DNA from: Pelomyxa schiedti
Lineage: Eukaryota > Protista > Evosea
Reading direction: 5' to 3'
NCBI GenBank assembly: GCA_020536535.1
Contig: JAHLWZ010000582.1
Coordinates: forward strand, 1 to 64,000
Length of the DNA: 64,000 nt
The notes under the pieces were generated by a model, which was not told where the DNA came from, ran no database searches, and worked only from the letters and a program-made list of their open reading frames with translations. Shown here piece by piece: positions 38,171 through 49,882 of the stretch. Every line of letters starts with the position of its first letter. Position 1 is the first letter of the stretch. The position numbers were made by a program, and so were the translations under genes.

Positions 38171-41100
38171 ATGCGAGTGGTGTTTAACTTCGACGACCAA
38201 GGGAGACACAGACCCGGCGAATTCGTTCCGGTACTTCTGGTTTCCGGCCACGTCGAGGCATTATGGGTCCCCTCCCTGCTTCGCAAGTACCTTTACTTTT
38301 CAAGATCTCGTTATCCTTCCACTCTTTTTTTTTTCTTACAATGTTTTAGGAATGGAGCGACTGGCTGGGTCACGGATGTGGAACTACCAACGGATACTGA
38401 TTTGGAATACAAATATATTTTATTGAGGGGAGATGGTTCTGTTTCATGGGAGAGTGTATGTTCCGAGGCCTTGGAGAAAAATTTTTAAAAATGACTTTGG
38501 AATAGGAGGCAATCAAATTGACTATACCAAGGAGTTCTGCTGGCATGGAACTCAACTCTTCATATGATGACAAAAGAGGTGTACCTGTCTCCATTTCGGC
38601 ACCTCCTGCTCGATCGACCCCTGTGGAGAAAGTATCTTCGAAGTCTGCCGACAAAATGAAAAACGTCTTGCACACTGGTTTGTCTCTGTTAGTGGTGGTA
38701 GTGCAATAAAGATGATTTTTAGGCTGGATGACCAAGTGTGGTGCTCGTGTGAAGAGCTGGAAGAAGAGATTCTTCATCCTTCAAGACCTCAAGCTTTCGT
38801 ACTATGCAGACCCCAATGTGTGTTTGTTTTTATAGTTATTGTTGGAAACTTATGCCCAAAAATCTTACTTTTCTCTAGAAAGGTGGCGCTAAAGGTGATA
38901 TCGTTGTCAAAGAAATAAAAGCAGTGAAAGTTGGTGTCCTCAAGTCAAAAAATGCTGGACAGCAGGGCTTATTGGTTGTCACACCCAAACGTATTCCTAT
39001 ATCATGCTCGTTTACTTTAGTGACTGTTTCTGCAGGAAACTTTGCGATGTTTTCAGATGATGAAGAACAAACGCAGATGTGGCTGAACAAGTTTCGTGAA
39101 TTAAAGATTGATGTGGAGAATGTTTTTGATGGCAAAATGCTTACAGCCTTAATGCATCAGCAAATGCCCGCAACAGCTGCTCCTGCCGCAACCGGAGGAG
39201 GTCCAGCAAGCACATCACCGACAGGTGTTCTTCCTTCCCAGCATCAAGTATCCTCAACTACAGTGTCATCAACCTCAACCTCAACCTCGACCTCGACGTC
39301 TACCTCGACTTCGACTTCGACTTCAACATCAACCTCAACCACACCTTCCTCCATTACAACAAGTCCTTCCACCTCTACAAGTCCATCCACTTCAACTGTT
39401 CCAGCTACAACTGTATACTTTTTTCCCCCGCTTGCTTTGCCTTTACACCTTTCTTCCCAGGATCCAGACGTTGATAATGCCTTTTCTGAAAATCCAGTTG
39501 TTATCCTTACAACACATGATAATAAGCGTCTCAGCTCACGGCCAATGCTAATGCGCAAAAATGATTCCCTTGGATATTACATGGCCACAGCAAAAACCTC
39601 AAAGAAGATTTCTCACATCTCTGCAAACCCTAATGCAATAATCTTATGGGGCAAAACTGACTTCACCACATCACAGTACATCGAGGTACGTGAGAATCCT
39701 TTTGCCTTGGCTTATTCTTTCAGACACAAGTTACGATTTCTGTAACTACAAGTGAATCCACTAAAAAAGTTGCTTGGCAACCTTCAATGAGCCAGGTTTA
39801 AACATAAACATGAAGTTTCTTAAGTCTAAGAACCATAGTACTTCTCTGGCCCCACTGACCCAAATATGGCTGTTCTCACTTTGAGTATTGCCAAACCATC
39901 TGTTATCAACCTTTCTCTCCCAGTTCTCCATATGGTTTGAAACAAAGCCATTTCCTCACTTTAATATTTTGAAAGGATTATGTTGAAGAAGCTCGGAAAA
40001 TATCTGATGTTGTTATACTTTCCACCTTCTCTGGAAATCGAATGTCCAGCCGCCCAATGAAACTTCAGAATCACCCAGAGGTTGGGTATCATTTCCTGAC
40101 ACATAAAGGGTCAAAGAAGCTTGACCACATTGCGGCGTCACCAAAAGGTAGCTTACTAATTGGAAATATTGGGACGGGAACCAAGAAATTCGCGAAGGTA
40201 ACGATGAGTCTTTTTTTCTTCAAGTTAGTGATTTTTCACACAGGCGAAAGTGGAGCTTGTGGCAACAACAGACTCTGAAATTATCAGGAAAATTTGGAAG
40301 GATGATTATCGCCAGTTTGGTTATACTGGTGTCGACGACCCCAACCTGGTGGTACTCAAGGTGAAATTCGTCCTTGTCACCGTTGTTGACATGACCGTTG
40401 TCCCTCAAACGCTCCAAATGGTGAGACTTTGAACCCGTGTTTGTAAACTTGACCACAACATAGGGCAGCATGGATGCAGCCTATGCCGAGAACGAGATTG
40501 TTATTCTAACCACCAAAGATGGCCGCTCGTTCAGTTCCCGCCCGATGTTGATGCGAAAGCACTCTGTCGTTGGCTACCACTTCATAACTCGCAAGTCAAC
40601 CAAAAAGATAGCTCAAATTACCAAATCTCCCGGCGTTGAAATACTTGTTGGAAAACTGGACTCAACTGGTTCATTCGTGCGGGTATGGATTTTCCACTGT
40701 TGTTTCATGTTTAAGCAGGTCAAGGTTGCCGCTCAAGCTGAGGTGTCTGATGATCCCTACATAAAAACTCAACTATGGAATGATTCCTATCGGCAATTTG
40801 GGTATAGCGGTCCCACTGATCCTTCAATGATTGTTATCCTTCTTAAAATCGTGTCAATCAATGAGACCCGATTGCCAACATTAAAGAAAGAAATCAACAT
40901 GGTTTGCTTTTAGATGTAAATAGAGCCTACTTATTTAGACTTCCAGGTGCCTTTGCACAATGCCTATGCCGCATCACCAATTGTAAGCCTATGTACGCAC
41001 TGCAATTCACGAATTAGCAGTCGTCCTATGTGGATGCGCTTCCAGGAAAAATATGGCTACCACTTCTGCACGCGGAGAGCCTCACACAAATTGGAGGAAA

Positions 41101-43949
41101 TAACGTCCAATCCCACTGTAACAGTACTAGTTGGAAAAACCGATTTTTCGTCAACTGGATATGTACAGGTAAAACAAGACAGATTTTACTCTTTTTGTAA
41201 CATCCTTTCAACAGGTCACAGCAAAAGCGACCATTTCTGATGACGAGGCAACGAAGATTTCTCTGTGGAAAGACGACTATAAGGCGGTAAGTGAGACCCT
41301 TGGACATTCTACAACTGATCATTCTTCCTCGGAAGTTCGGGTTTTCTGGTCCAGCTGACCCTGTTTTTGTTGTCATTCTTCTTGAAATTACTGATATCTC
41401 AAGTTCTATTCTCACTCCCTCGAAAATTGATATGGTAACACCCTTCTTCTCTTTTTTTCCTTTGACGCGGTGCACAGACCCCAATTGACGAAGCCTACGC
41501 AGCCTCTCCCATCGTCAACCTTGTTACCCACAATGAAAAACGACTATCTTCTCGTCCCATGTGGATGAGGAAACATGAAGAATTAGGATACCATTTTTGC
41601 ACACGGAAGGGCTCCAATAAATTGGCCCAAATAGTGGCTCACCCCGAAGTTAACATTTTGGTTGGAAAAACTGATTTTACTACCAAACTTGTGACACAGG
41701 TTACCTCACTTATTTTCTGTGTCCAAGTAAAAATTGGATTTAGTTAAGAGCAAATGCTCGCGCTGATGAATCCCCTGAAATGAAACGCAAACTCTGGAAA
41801 GATGACTACACACAATTTGGTTTTACTGGGGCTGATGACCCGAATTTCGTGCCAATTCTTCTTACACCCCTTGGGGTAGTCACCTCAAAAATTGGTAGCT
41901 CTTCACCTGATGTATGTAACGTTGGAGATGTATTGAAGATGAACTTAACAACACCTAGATGGCACCAGTGGATTCTGCATATGGACACTCACAAATTGTT
42001 AAGTTGAGTACACATGTGGGGGCCAGAATATCAAGTCGCCCAATGTGGATGCAGTATCACCCACAAACAGGATACCACTTCTGCACTCGCAGAGGGTCCC
42101 GAAAACTAGAGCAAATAGCTGTGAACTCAGAGGTTGAAATATTTGTTGGAGACATTTCCTTCAAGTCAACTGGTTTCGTTTCGGTATCGCATCATTTGTT
42201 TCACCTTCTTTCTTATCTTTTCAGTTCAAAGCAACTGCGAGAATAGATGAGACAGCGGAGCTAAAATCTAAGTTGTGGAAGGACGACTATAAGCAGTTCG
42301 GTTACACAGGCCCTGAGGATACAAATCTCGTGTTAATATTGTTGACCCCCTCATCCGTTGACGCCACTAAAATGAACATTGCCGCAAGTCCAAAACTTGA
42401 CGTACCATCCATTAAACACCCTTAAAAACCTTTCTTATTTGGGTGTAGATGAAACCATTTGATGCTGCCTATGCCGTTACACCGATAGTATCATTGTCTA
42501 CTCATGCTAACAATAGAATTGCCGCACGTCCAATGTGGTTGAGGCATCACGCTGAAGTGGGATATCACTTCTGTACCCATAAAGGAACACCCAAACTGCA
42601 ACAGATTCAGAGCAATCCTGATGTTTCCCTTGTTATTGGCAGTTCTGGATTTGACACTAAACTCTTTGTTAAGGTTGGCGGGCCTTACTTCTAAACTGAT
42701 CTAATCTCTTCAAGGTTCAAGCACTTGCTCACATAGACGAATCAAGTGAAATGAAGAATAAACTGTGGCAAAGCGATTACACGGCATTTGGTTACACAGG
42801 CCCAGAGGATCCCAACTTTTCCATTATTCTACTCACGATACAAGCATTGGAGGTTACCAACCTAGCTTCAACTCCAGTTGATGTATGGAAATTAGTGCAT
42901 CTGTTCTAAATTTTTCGCTTAAAACAAACAGATTTCTCCAATTGATTCGGCATACAAAACTTCACAAATTGTATCCCTAGCCACACACGCTGGTGGCAAA
43001 ATTCATAACAGGCCTATGTGGATGAGATACCACAAAAATCTTGGCTATCACTTCTGCACAACAAAGCCATCACAGAAGATAACAGAAATTTCTGCCAATT
43101 CGGACGTTTACGTTGTTGTCGGCAGAACTGATATTTACAGTAAAGGCTTTGTTCAAGTAAGAGTCACCTCTCAATTCGGGGATTAATTTTTTTTTTTTTG
43201 TAGGCAGCCGCTAGGGCTACTATCTCTGAAGAGCAACATCTGAAGAACGATGCTTGGAGAGATGAATACAAAGCTGTATACCTTCTTCTGATTTTCCCTT
43301 TGTTTACAAAAACCGACACAGTTCGGCTATTCCGGACCTGACGACCCCAAGTTTGTTCTTATTTTACTTCAGTGGACCTCGGTGAGTCATGTAGCTATGC
43401 CATCCCCAAAACAGGATACTGTAAGGATTTTTTTTTCAAAAACCATAAATTCACTAAAGTCACAGACTCTTCTTGATGAAGCGATGGCAGCTAATCCCGT
43501 TGTGTCCCTGAGCACACATGACTCTAAGAATAGGATTTGCTCCCGTTTCATGATGTTACTTAAGAACAATGACCTCGGCTACTACATGACCACTCATGCC
43601 GGCACCCCCAAGTTGGCTCAAATAAAGCAGGAACTCTACGTTTCTATGCTTGTGGGCAGCACCGAGTTTACTTCTTCAGGCTTTGTTCAAGTACCAATCC
43701 CGCAAATTTTCTCACTAGCCACTGACTTGCTTTTAGGTGGATGCCGATGTAGTCATCCACGAAGACCAGGAAACTAAGGATAAAGCGTGGCAGAGCCAGT
43801 TCACATCTGTATGCAATCCACACTTATATCTCCACATAACTGATCGGTCTCTAAAACAGTTCGGCTACACCGGCCCAACTGACCCCGCCTTTGTTGTGAT
43901 GGTCCTCACACCCAGAGCTATCAAACACACCAAACTGGGCAAACCCTAA
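38171..43949 (+). CDS. Multidomain protein: CBM20 + PH + Ser/Thr linker + nine tandem FMN-binding split-barrel (PNPOx-like / general stress protein 26-like) domains
   Basis: CBM20: WVTDVELPTDTDLEYKYILLRGDGSVSWES; PH: LHTGWMTKCGARVKSWKKRFFILQ..QMWLNKF; nine repeats with LxT..ISSRPM..GYHFCT..SxKL.QI..NPxV..W.DDY.QFGYTGP.DP; exons join in frame through GT-AG introns. Confidence 0.85.
39266..39340 (+). repeat. (Ser-Thr)n coding repeat in linker
   Basis: tcaacctcaacctcaacctcgacctcgacgtctacctcgacttcgacttcg... Confidence 0.8.
39461..43949 (+). repeat. Nine diverged genomic repeat units of about 490 bp, each encoding one split-barrel domain
   Basis: Units start near 39461, 39976, 40464, 40947, 41478, 41959, 42449, 42932, 43465; shared motifs and intron positions. 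Confidence 0.85.
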
Positions 43950-44187
43950 ACCAACAAATAAGAGCAAGGCATGGAAAAACCGGGACTTTTTATTACTCCC
44001 TCTTTCCGCTAAAATGACATTTGGCTGAATAAAAAAAACACCAGACCGCCGATCCTCTGAGCGACGAGAACGAAAATTACAGCGTTCCGGTCAGTTGATT
44101 AATTGATTCCGCCATTTAACGTTCGATTGATTCTCATTTCTCCAATTTTTCCGTCTCGTGCCAACCCCACAAGGAGAGTGCACCAAC

Positions 44188-45660
44188 ATGGCGTCACCGG
44201 CCCCCATGCCTCCGCGACGACCTCGAGAAACCGTGGTGCGGCGCACCCTGCCCTACGCCAGCGACCCGGCCTTCCGCTCCAAGAACGTGAGCGCCCTGGG
44301 GGTCATGCGGGTCGGCAAGCTCCTGGAGCACCTGGACGCGCTGGCCGCCCTCGTGGCCCACCGCTACGCCGCGTGGCCAGCCCCCGCCCCGCCGCCACCG
44401 GCCGCTGTCCCGGTCTCGCCGGCCACAGCCACCACGGCGGACTCTGCCTCGGACTCGGCGGCGGCCAGCCCGCCACCGTCGCGGCCCGCGTCGCCGGTCT
44501 CGGCGCTGGAGGCAGCGAGCGTGGCCACGGCGGCCGTGGACCGCATCATCGTGCCTATGGACTTCACGCGGGTCACCAGGGACGTGGTGCTCGAGGGGCG
44601 GGTCACGTGGGTCGGAAGGACGTCGATGGAGGTGATGATCGACGCGAGGCTGAGCGGCTACGGCGAGCTGGGAGAAGGCGGCGCCGCAATTGTGGGATCA
44701 TCACCGTCATCATCTTCCCCGTCGCAGCCGAGACTAGTGGCGATGTTTGTGTTCGTTGCAAAGGACATTGTCACACGGAAGCCTGTGGCTATTTCACCCC
44801 TCGTTCCTGAGACTGCTGAGGAGATTAGATGGAATGAAGACGCGGCTAGTGAGTCCTATTTTTGCAATTGCATTAAAGTTGGATGGGAGTCCATTCCACC
44901 TTCGTTTTTGTTTTCTTTATGTGGGTACCCCACTTTTGCTCTCAGTGTTTCTCTTGTAATTGGTGAATTGTTGACCTTACCACATCACAGAGAGACAACA
45001 GCAGAGGAGGAAGAGGGTGGAGGAATCCTTAACAAACAAGCCTCCCACCGCTGAGGAGTGGGAATCTATTCACTCGTTTTTTGTAGAGGCCAACCAGCCA
45101 GCTAAGCTTCACCCGCCGCGGCCATCAATAACAATTGCGAAAACTGAATTCAACAATCTCGTGTATATGCACCCACAGGTGAGTCTAGTGGTTGCATATT
45201 CCATTTCAACTTAATCATAATTCTTCAGAAACGCAATGCAAATCAAACAATCTTTGGTGGATTTCTTATGAGACTGGCTTTTGAACTGGCTTGGGTGACT
45301 GTGCATGTGAGTGATTCTTGATCAGATTGTATTAGGTATAACAGCACACAGTTGGTGTACAAAGAAGAACCAAGATTCCTGAGCGTTGACGACCTCAACT
45401 TCTTGAGACCCGTACAAGTTGGCTCAGTTGTTACGCTTCGCTCCCGCATTGTTTATTCTGAAGAAAACACTGTGCATGTAACAGTTGACACCCGAGTCCA
45501 CCAACCAAAATCTGAGAGCCAGCTGACCTGTGTCTCTCACCTCACTTTTGCAGTCCCTCACACTGATATGTTCCTGGTTGTGCAGCCTGAAACATATGAA
45601 GAGGCAATGCTATTCCTGGAAGCCAAACGGCGGCACACATCCCATACACAGGTTTCTTGA
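44188..45660 (+). CDS. Double-hotdog acyl-CoA thioesterase (ACOT9-like)
   Basis: GVMRVGKLLEHLDALAALVAHRY, VATAAVDRI, VTWVGRTSMEV, MHPQ|KRNANQTIFGGFLMRLAFELAW, FLRPVQVGS, PETYEEAMLFLEAKRR. Confidence 0.92.
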
Positions 45661-45906
45661 TATTATATCATATCATAAACGGACTCTCACACTCCTTAGG
45701 TGGTGATCACTGACCAGGCTACGGATTCCCCTGACTTTGGTCCTCTTGTTGGGATTCCAGCTCAGGTAGCCAAGAGCCTTTCTGCCCTGTGATCCAATTA
45801 CCTAAACAAGAAAAACGCCTGATCACTTTCATCTGGAAGTTGCTTCTCCAAAAGTTCAAAACTTTCTGAACTTCCAAGTAGTTGAGGTGTGCTGTGCGAC
45901 AAAACA

Positions 45907-48900
45907 ATGACGTCGAGGGGAAACGCAAACGCAGGGCGTGCCCCTTTCATTGCAGTTGCTATTTTGATTGGATGGGCGGCTGTTGTGGCGGTGTCCGAGG
46001 AGACAGTGACGTCACTCACGTCGTGGAGGATGGTGGCGGCGACAGAGACTGGCGGGGCCACCGGTGGGCAGATATCCACGCCGGGGTTTGATGACAGCGG
46101 GTGGTATGACGTCACTGTGCCCTGCACTGTTTTGGGTGGATTATTGCAGGTCCGAAAATATACACAAAAATTAAGTTTCCTCCCTTCACAGAGACCCACA
46201 TTTTGTGACTGAGAGTTTTCATTCACTCTACGACTATTACCCTTTTTGGATTCATCTTTAATTACCTTGTATGTTTCCTACTTGGATTGCACAGAACGGG
46301 GTGTATGAAGACCCATTTTATGGCATTAACTTGCAGTCAATCTCATCAGAACCCTTCAATTCCACCACGTGGTGGTATCGCACCGAGTTTTCAACAACTA
46401 GTGATCTGGCTGGTGAACAATTGACTGTGCTATTCAAAGGGTACAAACAACATAAATGATGGCATCTTAGTTAACAAACTCCATCTCAACAGTATTAACT
46501 ACCGGGCCAATGTATGGGTCAACGGGATTCAGATCGGCAAGGAGGAGGACATTGTGGGGACTTTTAGGTGGTTCTCGTTTGACATCACCTCATATGCTCT
46601 TGTTCCGGGGACCAACTCGTTGGCCGTGGAAATATACAAACCTGAAGACGTTTCCATAGGTTCCTCAACTTCAACGGATCTAGCAATTTCCTTTGTTGAT
46701 TGGTCACCTGAGCCTCCTGATGGTTCGATTCATTTTGTGAAGCATTTGAGTGACCGTGCACCCAGGTAACATGGGTTTATGGCAAGAAGTAGTTTTCCAG
46801 AAAAAATCTGGGCCAGTTGCTATTGCCTATCCTCAAGTATCAGCTGAACTCGGTTATGGGACAAATAACACAGTGACTTCTGCAAGTGTTACAATTCTGT
46901 TGGAGTTGCACAACTATGGTCCTGTGGCCAAGTCGGGCACTGTCTTTGCTTCAATTCCACAATCGGGGACAGTTTCACAAACTGTCTCTGTCTCTGCCTA
47001 CTCCGATTTGCAAGTGATTTTTACTCCCGATCTGTTGCGTGACTTCCTTTTTCAGTGTCCTTGGTTTATTTTACCCACAAGTAGATTCCCGACCCTCGTG
47101 ATCTCCAATCCAGAGTTATGGTGGCCATGGCAAATGGGTGCACAGACACTACAAACGCTTACAGCTTCGTTTGTCATAGGGTGAACTACCTTAAACCTTT
47201 GCTTTTTGTTGTCTTATTGTAGTAGAGCTCAGGTATCTGATAGCCTCACAACTCAGTTTGGTCTTCGCCAAGTGACTTCAGAGCTCATTGATGGCAACCG
47301 TTTATTCACGTATGACCTCATTGCATGATTCACACTTAAAGGAAACAGGGTGAATGGAAAACCTATTCTGATTCGAGGCGGAGGATTTACACCTGACCTA
47401 TTTCAACGAGTCAATTCAGCACGGCAAGAAACCGAGATGACGTATTTGGTAAGAGCTCTCCNNNNNNNNNNNNNNNNNNNNNNNNNNNNNNNNNNNNNNN
47501 NNNNNNNNNNNNNNNNNNNNNNNNNNNNNNNNNNNNNNNNNNNNNNNNNNNNNNNNNNNNNCCCCCCCCCCCCCCCCCCCCCCCCATATATATATATCCC
47601 CCCCGCTCTGCTGACTAATTAGTTTTCAGCGAGACATGTACATGAATACAATACGACTTGAAGGGAAAATGGAAAATGATCACTTTTTTGACTTGGCTGA
47701 CCAGTATGGAATGCTAGTAATGCCTGGGTGGTGCTGTTGTGTAAGGTTTCATAAACTGGGAAACCTCTTATGAAAAATAGGATGCGTGGCAGCATTGGGA
47801 TCTCTGGGGAGACGAAGAGCATTTTGTGGCACAGGAATCCACAAGATCGCAAGTACGGCGTCTTAGGATTCATCCTTCTATTTTTGTATTCTTGTACGGT
47901 ATGCACTACTACTTTTCTGTGCAGTTATATTCATATTTCTCTAGGATCTGACCAATCTCCACCTTTGAGCGTTGAAGAGGAATTCCTTGCTGTTTTTGAT
48001 GAAGAAATGTGGGTATTACCAACACTTGCCTCTGCAGCTGACACAACATCGATAGTGACAGGGCGAACTGGGGTGTGTAACTCTCCATAGAATCTTTTTG
48101 TACTCAAACACACAGGTAAAAATGACAGGGCCCTACTCGTGGGTTCCACCGAATTACTGGCTGACTGATGACGGAAAATATGGCGGGGCGTGGGGATTTT
48201 TCACTGAAGGAGGGCCTGGTGAGGCTCCACTAACCTATGAGAGCCTTGCTAGGTACTTCTTTGAGACTGATTCACTTAATAACATTTTTGTGCAGAACAC
48301 TACCTGAAGAACACCAATGGCCCATAGACAGCTGGTGGGACTACCACACCTCGACAGGAACAATTGGGGATCTGAGTGATTTCACTCCCCCTCTCAATGG
48401 TATTTTGTTTGGTGCTAAGTGCTTCTAAGCAATGTTTACAGCGCGCTATGGGACAACAAAGAACGCTGTGGATTATTCCTATACCTCCCAGGTTGCCAAC
48501 TATGAAGGATTGCGGGCTCTGTTCGAAGGTTACTCACGGAATAAGTATACAGCCACTGGTGTCATACAATGGATGCAAAATAATCCCTGGTTTATTTTCA
48601 GCCATTCCATGCTCTATCTGATTTTCTTTTTTTTTTCTTCCCTTCATTAATAAAACCAATTCAGGATATCTTTCAAATGGCACTTGTATGTCCCTGATTA
48701 TCGTTGGCTTCTAATTGATATTTGAAAGTTATGACTACTTCCTTGTCCAAGGTGGGGGCTACTTCGGTTCAAAGAAAAGTTGCGAGGTATCCGACCTTCT
48801 GTGTGCTTTTTCTCATGCTATTTACGCAGCCACTTCACATCATGTATGCTTATGATGACAACAGCATTTATGTTGTCAACAGTCTCTACACTGCGTATAC

Positions 48901-49630
48901 AGATGTACTTCAAGCCTCAGTGCAAGTCATTTTGTTGAACGGAACTGTATCATATTCTACCTCGGTTACTGTACCCTCTGTGGAAGCCGACAGCGCCATT
49001 AAAATATTTTCCAATGTACCCAGTGTACCATCAGGAGTAACCGGGGTATACTTTTTGAGGCTAATGCTTAAAAAAAGTGCAGAAGTGGTGTCCGACAACT
49101 TATATTGGCTGTCAACACAACAAGGTAATAAGTATATTCCCAATCTCGCGGTAACAGACTCCACAGACATCCTTGCATGGAAACTCACCATGTGGTACCG
49201 TACACCTTGCAGTCAATGGGCTGACTTTACAAATCTCCGTACATTACCTGTGATAAATTTGAAGGTATGGAGAAAGCCCATCCTTCCCATCATTTGACTT
49301 GATGAGGTTACCACAACAACCCAAGTCAGCGATGACAAAGCTCTGACCACTGTGACCGTAGCCAATCCTACTAGCTATGTATGTACATGCCACATAAACA
49401 CAGCTTCGAATATCCCCTAAGCTGTGCCTGCTCAGGTTGCTTTCTTTGTGCGCGCCATCCTACAGTGCTCTGGTGTGGATGTAGTTCCCGTTTTGTGGAG
49501 TGACAACTATGTGACTCTAATGCCCAACGAGGCCCAGACACTCACAGCATCATGCCTGTCCTCGCAACTCTCTGCCTGCCAAAACACACCCACCATCTCC
49601 ACGGAATCCTTTAATAACAATGCCCGTTGA
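45907..49630 (+). CDS. Secreted GH2 exo-beta-D-glucosaminidase (CsxA-like); spans an assembly gap
   Basis: Signal peptide; WYDVTVPCTVL, WWYRTEF, GINYRANVWVNG, DWSPEPPD|GNMGLWQ, PELWWP, NGKPILIRGGG, NTIRLEGK, GWCC, KMTGPYSWVPPNYW, FEGYSRN..TGVIQWM, WSDNYVTL. Confidence 0.92.
47462..47561. other. Assembly gap (100 N) followed by poly-C and (AT)n
   Basis: Run of n characters; flanking homopolymer; the GH2 gene continues on both sides. Confidence 0.99.
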
Positions 49631-49882
49631 AGTGGGTACTTTTAAATTTCCCTTTCTGTTATTCAATGCAGACAAACTAGAAGAAAAGATGAAAATAAAC
49701 CAGAACTCAAAAGATATATTTTGAACAACGTACAAACTCAAAAGAAAAAAGAGCAGAGTAAATGAAGAGCTGAATCCCCTTTTTTTTTTTCCTTCCAAAA
49801 AAAAAAAAACGACAGCAGAAGCATCTCGGATCAAGCAGAAGGCGCTCAAGCCAAGGTGTTCCACATCAAGAGAGCACACACC

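Noticed and set aside
39461-43949. Nine repeats as a tandem array of separate small genes
   Set aside because: No stop codon before the donor at the end of repeats 1-8; each joins the next in frame through a short GT-AG intron; only repeat 9 ends in TAA
47562-47605. Poly-C/(AT)n tract read as poly-Pro in ORF 47350-47622
   Set aside because: Adjacent to the N gap and inside a GH2 intron; likely low-quality sequence
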